Of a stretch of DNA of 64,000 bases, positions 48,901-61,289 are shown in pieces. Within the stretch, counting starts at the first letter, position 1. Every line of letters begins with the position of its first letter. The notes under the pieces are model-generated. The model did not search any database. It was not told the DNA's origin and saw only the letters and a program-made list of their open reading frames with translations. Source of the stretch: Mytilus edulis (Eukaryota). The translations under genes were made by a program, and so were the position numbers. The stretch covers positions 496,001-560,000 of the forward strand of contig NC_092348.1 of the NCBI RefSeq assembly GCF_963676685.1. The letters are read 5' to 3'.

Positions 48901-51900
48901 ATATATTTTTATTTGGCCTAAGGGATAACAATACAGCGACAATTGTGACGGCATAAACTGAATTTGTATAAAGCCTTGTATTTTAGAAGGAAGAACCTTG
49001 TTTGCAGATACCTTATAATGTTATGATTCGTTTCAGTCTGTCCATTGTCCTTGACCTCATTTTCATGATTCAGGTACAACAAGCAATTAGACAATCATAT
49101 TTGGTGTATGGAATAATTGTAAGGTGAACATGTCTGTCTGGTACGACCTCATTTTCATGAAAAATCGAAAATAAAAAGTCATTAAAAAAAGACTAAAAAC
49201 TTACTGTTCAAAGTCAGAAACCCCTTCTTTTTGTATACACAGAAGTTTCTCACACATCTTCTTATTTGTCTTAGCTCCTGGCTTTATTTTGTAAGATTCA
49301 TTGAATTTGTTGCATGATGATGGCAATATTCCATCATTGAAGACCATGCCTTCTCCAACTCTGATGTCTCTTTGAAGAAATTTTACACTACACATGTACT
49401 TACAAATCTTAAAAACAGTAGATATATAACACATTTCATATCAATTCTGTTATTTTAATCATGCATAATGAACAAAATGCATTTATTGCAAGTCAGAGCT
49501 GTTAAAGTCCATGTTTGCCAGACCATGCGGGTGATTTTTTTTCTCAGTGAAGTATATTATGAAATTGTCCATCTATCTTCATCATGGAGATTAGCCTATA
49601 AAGTCAGGTCCAATAAGTTCTTAGCTGACCATAATCATAATTATGATTCTGTAAATAAAAACTTTTAAAATAGTATCAAAAATTAACACATGATAACCAC
49701 AGTGGAATCTAAGACTAAGAGCTACATGCTTATACCAGGTGGTGTATTTTACTCTCTCCTTAGATTGAATGATACTAGCTGCTAGACTAAATGTCATGGT
49801 TAGCAGAGATGATGGATAACTTATTGCCAAAAGCAGATTTTATCAAATTGTTTGGTTAATATTTAACAAAAAATATCTTTTGGGATTGGTAACTAATAGC
49901 ATTTATATGTAAACAGTTTCATTTCTATGACAACAAAATTTAAAACATCTCTGATTGGTCTGTCATTTGAAAATGGAAAATGATGAAGAGGGCCAGTGTT
50001 TAGGGCAGGAATTTAAGTTACTAATCATATTTGGTTTCATAGTAAACATGTTAAAGGACAAAAAAAATGTTTGAGGGACAAATTTCATAATTTATTTCTA
50101 AACTAACAATAACTTTAAAGGTTCTGAAAGATGACAATATTCTCTGGATGCTGAATATGCTGTTACAATGTATATATGTGATCCTTGTCAGACCCCATGT
50201 AACAAAAAAATATAAGTTAGCTCCCCTACTAGTCAAAAATATTTTCATAATTTAGAATTGTTTAGTTTTTTGGATCATTAAGATGTTTAGAGAAGAATCT
50301 TATTGGAATTGGAAAGAAAAGTTTGTAATGTTATAAATGTTTGTGTTTTTGAAAATCCAATTGGACAATTTGAAAATACCGAGGAGAACACTGTAACCTG
50401 TCAATTAAATAATAAGTATAAAAACTGAAATTTCAGTTTCTAGACATTTTATAGACTTGATGGATTGCAAATATTGGAATGCTGCAAATTTCTTATTACA
50501 GGTCATGTAAAACACTGTCATTTTCATTATGTACATGTCATAATATAGGTTAACCATAATGTAATATTTTGTGTTTTATTTTTCAGTGTCAAAGTGGCTG
50601 TCAGGGTCCGTCCCTTTAATCAAAGGTAAGTTCACTAGCAAAAAGAATATTGTATTCAAAGAACAATTGTCAATTTGTTTTTAAATAAGTATATTATAGG
50701 CAACAGAAGTTTACTGATGTTAAAAAATCATATACATGTATCATTAAATTAAGGTAACAAACAAAAGCAAAAAAATCTAAGGTCTAGCCAGATTGGTTGA
50801 CTCATCAGGATTAGTGACACCGTTAGACATCTACTGCTAAGCATGCATCACCCACAATCAACACCCAGTCAAAATGGACAAAGACAAGATTTTGGACCAC
50901 AAATCAAAGATGGACACCCTGTTCCTACAATAACACAACATACAATGTCTTAAAACAACAAAACATACAATGTATGATATCAAAATGTATCAATGTATGA
51001 TTATAATTAATGACCTTGTAAATTGTCTTTCAGGGAGAAGGACCGGACGTCAAAGCTCATCATTAAGATGCAGGACCAAATGACAACAATAGCCAATCCT
51101 GAAACTCCAAGTAAGTTGTAATATAATCAGATCTATTTGATGTATTTATAGTTTTCCCTGGAGTACTTTTCAAATTGAAGCCCAGAAGTTGATCAATTAA
51201 ATTCCAGTAGTCCATTCTCCAACACATCCTCTGGCAGCACTGCCAGTTAGCAATTTAGATGACTTTGAAGTTCACAATATATTTTTATGCTCCATTTATG
51301 AGCATTATGTTTTCTGGTCTGTGTGACCGTTCATATGTTTGTTCCTTCATTGACCCGTACGTTCATCTGTCTGTCATGCTTCAGGTTAAAGTTTTTGGTC
51401 AAGGTAATTTTTTATGAAGTTTTAGTCCAATCAACTTGAAACTAATTACACATGTTCCGTATGATCTAATCTTTCTTATTTTAATGCCAAATTAGATTTT
51501 TAACCCCATTTTCACGGTTCTCTGAACACAGAAAATGATAGTGTGGATGGGGCATCTGTGTACTAAGGACACATTCTTGTTTATTTATACATTCCTTTAA
51601 TTTTACAAATAATTTCAAAAACTTTGGAAATATATATATATAGTGAAAGCTCTTTTTTTTGAGAGCCCAGGTGGTCGTGTGGTCTAGCGGGACGGCTGCA
51701 GTGCAGGCGATTTGGAGTCACGATATCACAGTAGCATGGGTTCGAATCCCAGCGAGGGAAGAACCAAAAATTTGCGAAAGCAAATTTACAGATCTAACAT
51801 TGTTGGGTTGATGTTTAGACGAGGTTGTATATACATTATGTACACAGCCATGTATCACCATCATTGATGGCGATCCGATGGATACATCTTTTGTAGAGTT

Positions 51901-54900
51901 GTCACTGACTCAGACGTACTTATAAATATAATCATTTTCTGTGACTGTATATTACATTAATTTGTAGGATCCTTTACTATAGATAATTTAGCTGATCTGT
52001 AACAATAACATCTTCATGCCTTATATATCATGTACTGTAGTACGCCGCTAGATTAAAACTGACGAGAAAAGGTAACACACGGCCAGCGAAAGCTCTTTTT
52101 TTTGAGAGCCCAGGTGGTTGTGTGGTCTAACGGGACGGCTGCAGTGCAGGCGATTTGGTGTCACAATATCACAGTAGCATGGCCATGGGTTCAAATCCCG
52201 GCGAGGGAAGAACCAAAAATTTGCCAAAGCAAATTTACAGATCTAACATTGTTGGGTTGATGTTTAGACGAGTTTTATATATATATATACAGTGTAAGCA
52301 GTTAAATGAATATCATGTCAGGTTGTTGTCTCTATTTCATTCTCAATTTTATTATCAATACAATCTATGAAAATGTCAATACTGGTTAAATGAGATTTAC
52401 AATTAAACAAAGATCAGTGATTGCAGTACATGGAAAGACACATTTAAAATGACAAAATTTTAACCAGGTGAGCAATATAGGCTCTTGGGAGTCTTAGGTC
52501 TAGGGTTGCCTATGCTGTACCTTAGAAAAAAACCTTTAAACATCAGAGCTTAGATTGACTAAGGTGCCATAAACTATTTGGGGAACAAATGTGTAGGATT
52601 GTTGAATAAAATTTATTGAAAAATAAACATTAACACGTCTTAAAATTATTTTATTTATTTTTCAGATGAAGAACCAAAAAAGGTAGGATCTCATTTTAAT
52701 TGATGACCAGTTATTTTACTATTTAAACACTTATCATAAAAACACACCAGAAACAACAAATGTATAAAGTTTTATTTTATCCTGTGTGTCAACTCACTAG
52801 ATTTTGGCTGTATAAAATGGGAGGTTAATGTTATTTTCCTGGGAATATTTGGTCACATCAATGTGAAACTTGATAAGCATGTTCATTGTGATGGAAGCTG
52901 TTATAGAATGATATACACGGGCACTTGTCTCAGAAATATACATGTGATATACACAGGCACTTGTCTCAGAAATATACATGATATACACAGGCACTTGTCT
53001 CAGAAATATACATGATATACACAGGCACTTGTCTCAGAAATATACATGATATACACAGGCACTTGTCTCAGAAATATACATGATATACACAGGCACTTGT
53101 CTCAGAAATATACATGATATACACAGGCACTTGTCTCAGAAATATACATGATATACACAGGCACTTGTCTCAGAAATATACATGATATACACAGGCACTT
53201 GTCTCAGAAATATACATGATATACACAGGCACTTGTCTCAGAAATATACATGATATACACAGGCACTTGTCTCAGAAATATACATGATATACACAGGCAC
53301 TTGTCTCAGAAATTTGCTTGTCATATGTACAATACTATTTTAGAATTTATGGAATAAAATTTAAATTTACTATTTCACAATGGGGAAATTTATCCTATTT
53401 AATCTACTGACATTGTACTTTTTAATGACTATTTTATTTTGTCTATTTCAGTTTTCCTTTGATTACTCATATTGGTAAGTACAGACCTTTTTTTTTTAAA
53501 CCAGTTTAAAGTTTAACATAGATATATAGGAAAAAATACCAAACGCCAAGGAAAATTCTAAAAGGAAAGTTGGCAAAATCCAAAGTTTAAACACAGCATT
53601 AGATTAGAAAAACAACTTCCACATCATATACATGATATGTTATAATCATAGTGACCAGCAAGTCATGGTCTTAAATTGTTTAAACTAATTAAACCTGCTT
53701 GCTCAATGTCAGAAGAGTCAGTGTAAAACCTTGGTCCTCAGTGGTGGATCCAGAACTTTTCTTAATTTAGGGGGTTCCCGCTTACTGACTCAAGGAGGGG
53801 GCCCACTCCAATCATGCTTCAGTGATTCCCTATATAATCAACCAAAATTTTCCCACGAAAGGGACCCCCCTGGATCGGACTATTGTCCTTTTGGCCATAA
53901 TGAATATTATCTCATTTCACATATAAAGGCTATTTTGAGTGTTTTAAAAGCTCAATTCCTGGCTTTACTCTTTCAGAAACTTCTTCTTTAACAATATAAT
54001 CCCTCTTTTACATCACATGGATTTAAGACTTAGTGTCAAGATCAGGGAAAGAAATGTCATGCTGTGTAAAGAAATTGATAATCTAAAATTTCAAAAGAAA
54101 TATTCCTATATATATATCCTTCATTGTTATATTCATCAAGTTCATATTGTTGTAGATTAGTTTGAATCCATTAACTTCATTGGGGATTGTATCAACTATT
54201 TAGCATTTGAAGAGAAATATCATGTATTTTATTTTATTTATTACATCATTTTTTTTTGAAAGAATTGTGTAAGTGTGAAGCATGAACATGTATTAGGTCT
54301 TTGGAGAATTGTTCAATAAATGTGGTTTCTCACTTTAAAACCTAAAAGTTACGAAATAATTGCACAACACTTTGAAGTTACATTTTGGTTATAAAAATAA
54401 TTTGGATTATAAAAACATAAACGGCACTATCTATACTTTCTCTCTTCTTTTGAAGTTTAATTTTATTATAAAACTGATCAATTACCTAAAGTGTTTGTAG
54501 TTATAATTGACTTGGAGGCCTTTATACCCTTTACTGTTTGATTGAACAATATCTCTGTTAATGGTGAGTCAATATTTGTAGCCTACATACACCACATAGA
54601 GTGTGCTTACAAACTTATTATCTTGGGGGAGATCATCTCATATTCATGTTGATCTATCTGTTGACATGATTGTAAATAATTGATTAACTGGTGGCATTTT
54701 AACGTCCAGGGACAAATATTACATGCATATTATGGACCCTCTGAGTAAGATTTGTTATATGGTACCTGGTTAGGTAATACGCAACAAGAAGACAAATCTC
54801 CTTTCTCAAACAAATTCTTCTGACTCCAAGCTGGTTAGGTTTTTAAGTTCTTCCTAGTAGCAAGAATACCAATCTTAAAAAGTCTTGAGCCTTTCTAGGA

Positions 54901-57900
54901 TTGAAAGCACAGCTTCTATTCACTCAAAACCTTTAAAACATCAAAGTGTTGAACAAGTCAGTAAAAATGAATGTGAAAATTATTTTTAAGAGATGTCCTC
55001 AGAACTATACTGATCCATGATTCAGCAGCTTTGAGATATTTGTATTGAGGTCTAAAATTGAAGTTATTTATTTGTGATTCAAATACTTCACACTTCAGAA
55101 AGTTTGTGAGATAGGCATCACAGATTTTTCCGTATTTCAACAGCTTAAGGCACTATGCTGTTGATAATAGCTAAATAAGTTAAATTGTGAGATATGAATT
55201 AAAGTTTTGTACATATAAAAAATAATTATTACAAATCCATTTGATTATTTATTCAATTATTTCAATATTATTTATGAACATATTAAAATGTTACAATTTT
55301 AATTGGTTTTTAAATGTAAATTAATATTTAAATAAAAGTTTGTTAGTTAGTTTTCCATATCAATTTTCCAAGATAAAACACTTGTAACTATTGGCCTAAA
55401 CATAATGAAATTCAGTCAGGACAGGCTTACGTGACTATAATTCTCTGTAAACAAACAATAAGTTATGCAAATCTATAATATTACGGAAGTTTACAGGTAT
55501 AATTAGAATTTTATGTAAACAATAAAGATTAAAGTAAAGAGATTGTCCAGGAGAAAACAGACTTTATTGTCGCCAGAGATTATATCGTTTGATTGTTTGT
55601 ATATTGATAGCTATACTCACAATGTTAAATTTCATTGTGAAATACCAGTCAATATTGTAAAATAAGATTGAATATTGTGATTAGGTTGTCAAATTATGTG
55701 CAGAAGGATAATGTTACTGTTTATTGTTAGATTATGCAACTAAATACTACTTGTTTTAGTTAAAATAACGGAACTATTGTTGTATAATATTTAACAGCTT
55801 TAGGTTTAATTGTTCCTGCGCCCTAATATAGTTGTTTACATCTATTTCATTCAATTCTGTTGGTAATCATACAGCACATTTTCTTTTCATTTCCCCTGCA
55901 ACTGAAAGTTAGGGTGCATATTGTTTTATCCCTGTCTGGCTGTCTGTTCCTCTGTTCATTCATATGGCCTTTTTAAAATTGAGTTACTGGTCCTGCATTA
56001 TAATTTTTAGTATTTTTAGTTTTTGTTGTTCTTATGTCCATAACTTAATTGTCCTTCATACCTTTCATGTTAAGCATTTTATTTATTCAGTTCATCTGTT
56101 GTGTATTGTCAATAGATCAATTGTATTTGGTGTATTGATTGATTAAAAAGTGTAAATATCTTGTCTGGCTTGTTTATTATGACCTTGACCTCATTTTCAT
56201 GGTTCATTGGTCAATGCTAAATTTTCATAGTTAAGTTTTAACTATATTTATGCCCCTGCAGTAGCGGATGGGGCATTAAGTTTTACTCTTGTATGTGTAT
56301 GGAATGATTGTAACGTTTACATGTTTGTCTTGCTGGATTCATATGAACTGGACCTCATTGTAATGGTTCATGGTCAATGTTAAGATTTTGTACTTGGATC
56401 AATTTCTAAGGACTGTCGCTACTGCAAGCAATAGGATCAACATTTTGGGAGTATTGAATGATTGCACGGTCTACATCATTGTGTATATGGTACTTTAATA
56501 GAGGAAATCTTTGGTTTTACAGACTTTTAACACACATTCAGTAATAAGTATAGCAGGCGTGACATTCCAGTTTGTCACTGCACTCTACTGTGTCAATTAT
56601 CTTTACAGTTTTGACAGCTACCCATGCATAGTGTTCATCAAATATCAATATATTTTGGTGAATTGTCTATTTTGAAATGATCCATACAATTTTGACCACT
56701 GATGACCTTGTAATTGTGTCCATATCTATATCCCTGCTATCTTTCTTATTACTATCATAAATCTTAACACTTATAGGATTTGCAAGTGAAGTTAGCTCTT
56801 TTGTATATGAGATTTTCAGTATTTGTTTAAAAGGCTGAAATATTTTGGTAATTTATTTAAATTGAAGTTGATGTCCATGTAAGAGTCTTAAGTTATGATA
56901 CAACCATTTACAAGACTTTTAGGTAGTTTGCTATAGGAGGTGGCATGTTTATCTATATGGTACAAGTATACTTAACCAAAACTTATAATTAATGCTGGAA
57001 ATTGGGCTATCTATATGTAATTGGCATATTTTGAGAATATTGCAATTTGATACCATGATATTGAAAACTATAAATCTTTAACAAACGATTATGAATTTTA
57101 TTAATTTTATTATTGTTCGTTTTGGAAATTTTTTCACCAGAGGGCAATTAAAATAATTGAGAATAAATTAAATGATTGTGTCGGACATTTTTTTGTAGAT
57201 TCTCTATTAGAGTTGGATTATAATGACTCTTTATAAAAACTTTAATAAATTTTTAAAAAGATTTTCATTTGTTTGGAGTTTTAAATGACTTTTGAGTGTT
57301 TACTTTAAAACTTAACATACTTAAGGGCTTTACAAGTTCTCCTTTTATAGTTGTAAGTAATTTTGTTTAATTTGGTTCAATATAATCCATGTAAGATATT
57401 TACTTAATGTTAAACAGGCCACATTATCAAACACACTTTATTGATCCAAGACATTTATACAAGGCATGATGCTTTATTTATTTATTGATGTCATATAAGT
57501 ATTGTTAAGTCAGGTTACACATGTTAAAGTCATATAAAACTTTCTCTTAGATCATTATTGATGTCATCTAAGTATTGTTAAGTCAGGTTACACATGTTAA
57601 AGTCATATAAAACTTTCTCTTACATGTCTTAGATCATTATCTCTTCATTTTGAAATTTCTCTTTTATACACCTTATAAAGTTTTTACCTAGGGTTGAGGT
57701 GAGATCATTATCTCATTTTGAAATTTCTTTTCTCACTTTATAAAGTTTTAACCTATTTAAAGAGGTGAGATAAGGTACATACAGTTGACAATGGAAATGA
57801 GGAATGTGTCAAAGATACAACAACCCGACAAAGAGCAGAAAACAGCACAAGGCCACCTACATGTCCATATTGTTTTAATTTAGACCATTTATTAACAAAT

Positions 57901-59633
57901 GGATTAGATACTGGATAATTTCAATGAGAGGGAAAAGGTCTAATAACTAAGGCACCTTTCAATATTATGATCTTGTGAAGAATAAGATATATCATTGCCA
58001 ATAAGTCCACAAAAAAAGATAAAGTTGCTATATATTAATTCTCCTTTACTCTTCCTGAAGTACCATAATGAAGCTAACTTCTTGGATGGTTCATACTAAA
58101 TGTATTTATTTTTTTCATCTGGTATATATCTGATAACCTATAGATATAAATCATACATTCTTTTAAAAAAAAAAAAGATATTTTAACCATCATGAACATG
58201 AAGTCATAAAATTTTGTACCTCATTCTCTATTCATGGATGGCTGAAGTAAAAGTCTGGTTTATTTGCTTTTGTATTTTTATGTGCCTGTTGTGATTTTGT
58301 CTCATGATTGAACCTTTTCTATTTCATTCTCTCAATATAGTATTGACGTATTGAGATATAAAGAAATAAAATAATTGTATCTATAATTTGCATTATAGCT
58401 GAAGTTTGAAGTGCACTATGACAGAGAAATCAATGTTATAAATTATCATTGTAACCACTGACTGTTTTGGTCTGTTGATGTCTGTTTCTATTTGTTATGT
58501 TACATAGTTTGCTTCACTTAGTCTTAAAAAAAGGCAAAGGCAATTATATATTGGGTTAACATTAAAAATCATATTTTGTTTTAAATTTTCCTGAAATTAT
58601 TAACATATGAACTATGTATTGTTAAAACATCCCCAAGTCTTAAGTAAATGTTTATCTATCTTAAAGACTGAAGGAAATAGATATAAAGATTTGCATAATA
58701 TTATGTGGACCAATTTTATATCACTGTCTAAGGCCAAAGCAATATTTTGTTATGTTGTGTTTCACTATTTAAGGCTTTTATACAATCTCTATAAACTATT
58801 TTAAAAGTAATTTGAATTCATAAGTAAAATAATTGTATTTATCACTAAATACCAAATCAGTGTTTTGACCAATGTAATAAGTATGTTTGATTCCTTAAAA
58901 TCCAAAACTAAATAATATGTCATTTATGAAAAATTGTTTATTTTTTGTTTGTTAGACATTAGACATTTATGTCGAACCATCTTTATATTTGTAGAGAGTC
59001 TTATAACAACAACACTTTAGGGACTGATGCAGAAAATTTATTGATCGACATGTTTCGGTGCCTATAGGGCACCGTCATCAGGATAAAAACAATACATAAA
59101 ATCATGCTGAAGAACAAAATCGGGTTGTTAAAATTTAGTGTTGTTGTTATAAGACTCTCTACATTTTATGTTTTTTTTTTATCATAACGACCCTGCATAC
59201 CCGGCGAGGTATCCACTTTATGGACTCTACCGTACTACAGACTTACCAGGCGTTGGTTCACTTTCGTTTGTAATTCATCTTTATGAAATATTCTCCTTCT
59301 TAAAGTAAACTTGCTTTACAAATGACTTTAGTAGTTTTCTTCTTGGCCATTAATCTTTATTTGTTGGTTACCATTTTATTTGATATCCTCTTCACACATT
59401 TTATTCTGTTATAAATTGTAGATCTCACGATGGCTTTACAGATTATTCTGCAATTATACTGGTTAATAAACCAGATTCTAAGAGTTATTTTGTTATAAAT
59501 TGTAGGTCTCATGATGGCTTTACGGAAGATTCTGCTGGTAATTTACTGGTTGATAAAGCAGGTTCTAAGTATGCTAGTCAACGTCGTGTGTTTGAAGATC
59601 TCGGACAAGGAGTATTAGACAATGCCTTTGAAG
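45939..59633 (+). CDS. KIF28: Kinesin-3 family motor (KIF28-like), 5' exons only; the gene presumably continues beyond the window
   Basis: Exons 45939-45952, 50587-50625, 51034-51110, 52666-52682, 53452-53474, 59506-59633 splice in phase to [62 protein letters not shown]...[33 protein letters not shown] is typical of kinesin-3/KIF28. Confidence 0.88.
46374..46528 (+). mobile_element. MITE, hAT5-like
   Basis: Same family; TSD GGTAC. Confidence 0.85.
46689..46834 (-). mobile_element. MITE, hAT5-like
   Basis: Same family, inverted relative to the 46374 copy; TSD AAATG. Confidence 0.85.
47258..47492. mobile_element. MITE with 6-bp TSD
   Basis: TIR GGGGGTCTCATTGGGG/CCCCAATGAGACCCAC; TSD TATCAT. 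Confidence 0.8.
47782..48336. mobile_element. Non-autonomous DNA transposon with TTAA TSD (Kolobok-like)
   Basis: TTAA-GGAGGTTCGCGGGT...ACCTGCGAGCCCCC-TTAA; GG..CC ends. Confidence 0.75.
48684..48918. mobile_element. MITE with TAA TSD (PIF/Harbinger-like)
   Basis: About 35-bp TIR GGCCAAATAAAAA..TATGTGTGGTTCCAGT; TAA on both sides. Confidence 0.75.
51282..51582 (-). mobile_element. Helentron/DINE-like copy
   Basis: Reverse-complement homology to 1682-1987. Confidence 0.7.
51645..52275 (+). mobile_element. tRNA-derived SINE-like element, about 1.4 tandem units (443-bp period), flanked by (TA)n
   Basis: A-box-like TGGTCGTGTGG and B box GGTTCGAATCC. Units start at 51645 and 52088; a T-run precedes each head; (TA)n lies on both sides. 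Confidence 0.75.
52908..53313. repeat. 34-bp minisatellite between two kinesin micro-exons
   Basis: ATGATATACACAGGCACTTGTCTCAGAAATATAC, about 12 near-identical copies. Confidence 0.97.
53739..53884 (+). mobile_element. MITE, hAT5-like, degenerate
   Basis: Same family; TSD GTCCT. Confidence 0.75.
58987..59275. mobile_element. Penelope-like/retrozyme-type insertion with an inverted 5' segment
   Basis: 9-bp direct repeat CATCTTTAT at 58978-58986 and 59276-59284; perfect 27-bp inverted repeat at 58990-59016 and 59137-59163; contains the hammerhead. Confidence 0.7.
59041..59088 (-). ncRNA. Type I minimal hammerhead ribozyme, apparently intact
   Basis: Minus strand reads UUUUAUC-CUGAUGA-C-GGUGCC-CUAUA-GGCACC-GAAA-CAUG-UC-GAUCAA: complete catalytic core, perfect 6-bp stem II, palindromic ACAUGU stem III, GUC cleavage triplet, and stem I with one mismatch. 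Confidence 0.85.
59399..59484 (+). pseudogene. Degenerate duplicate of the kinesin exon 6 acceptor and exon start (pseudo-exon)
   Basis: TGTTATAAATTGTAG|ATCTCACGATGGCTTTACAGA...TTCTAAG versus the real TGTTATAAATTGTAG|GTCTCATGATGGCTTTACGGA...TTCTAAG; the copy has indels. Confidence 0.85.
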
Positions 59634-60104
59634 GTAAGAATTAATGATCGATGTTAGCACAACCTAAAAAAAGTAAAGCTCTAATTAATTTACACTTAGC
59701 ATGAAGTATTGCAATATATATATAAAATGACTGATTACTATAAATTCCTAGATAATACAAAAATATATACAGCAAATTTTTACTAAAGCAGTTGTTCATT
59801 TGACAAGGCAGTGAAAAAGTTCATTAGCATGATTAGCTTTGTTTCCTATGAGTGATGGAAATTGCAATATTTTTAATGATTGGTTTGTATGTCATCTATC
59901 TTTATGTGTTTGGGTTTGTGTCTTATTCTCTTATCATTATTTTTTATATTCTAAAGTTGAATATGGATATATATTTTTTCTATGCCAATTCTTCTCAATA
60001 ATTTTAGACTGAGCAATTCACAGTCTAAATAATCTTATAATATAATTTGCAAGCTTTTCTTATAACCATAGTTCAGGTTTACTCCACACATTTTTAAATT
60101 ATTA

Positions 60105-60312
60105 TGAAACTAATGTTTCAACTCCCTCAGGCAAAGTTGGCTTTAGATGAATTTGGCTATTTATTTTAAGTATTATTGACATATAGCTCTTCAATGATTT
60201 TCAGTACTTATACATCTTCTGACTTCAAATGTTTGGCTTTGAGCGTTCCTGATGAAGGTTAATTTAGAAAAGCTTTTCAGAATCAAGAAATAATTAAATG
60301 TGTTGTTTTCAA
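60105..60312 (+). mobile_element. Dispersed retroelement remnant with a degenerate hammerhead (CTGATGA at 60249-60255)
   Basis: CTTCAAATGTTTGGCTTTGAGCGTTCCTGATGAAGGTTAATTTAGAAAAGC is homologous to 44985-45046. Confidence 0.55.
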
Positions 60313-61289
60313 TTTTTTTCATTGTCACCATAAGGATATCAGTCCTTTAAAAATACTTTGATACAGCCTTTTCATATTATCCTTTTTTCCAACCTTTTTA
60401 CCGTTGTTGTTATTTCCTTCAAGTTTACACTCCACTTTCTTTATTGTCATTGTAAGGCAGTGTTTTTACTTTGACATACAATGTGTTTATAGATTTGTTG
60501 ACTACTTTCAAACTTTCTGCTCCAGTTGATATTTCCTTCAGGTTTATATTTCCTGGCTTTATTGTCATTGTAAGACAGTGTTTTATGGAAGCACTTTATA
60601 GTGTTTTTGATTCTTAAGAATTATATCTTCCTTAGTAATACTAATAAACATTGTTAATAATTAATTTATTCTCATTTACTGGTGTGAAATACCAATCAAT
60701 ATCTTAATCCTTCATTAAAATCTATAACTGCGACCTCAGCTGATATTTCAGATCGACAGGTTTTTCACATTTAAATATTAGCTTTAAATTATCATGGAAT
60801 TCATTCCTCATTGATTTCATTAAAATATATTTTTTGTTGTTTGAAACAGCATTGATTTTTAAACTGAACAGCTTTAGTTAGACAATAGAGAGTTTGTTAG
60901 CGAAAACTCTTTCAATATCTTTTCCAGCAGAGCTGTTTATTGTTGTTGTTACGATGGTAGTTGTATCTCACTGTTGAAATGTCAGTAGTATTAAATATCG
61001 AATTTGAAACCTGTAAGGATATAAAAAACAAGGAAATTCTGTTTTCAATCAAATCTTTTCACATTTCTTGATTTTATTTAGAAATGGTATAGATGATATA
61101 CTGGTAGCAAGTTAGATCAGTAATGTGACTTTTGTTTCATAAACTAAATAAGTTTATATTGGAACTGGTATTTGCTACACATTAATTATCTACAAGATAT
61201 ATTTACAAGCAAGGTTTTTTTAATTACTTTTTGATGTAATTTACATGGCTATTCTTTAGTGAGAAACTTCTATCTGGACTGGAGTACTC

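Noticed and set aside
51664-51760. Functional tRNA gene
   Set aside because: A and B boxes are present but there is no canonical cloverleaf; it is the head of a repeated SINE-like unit.
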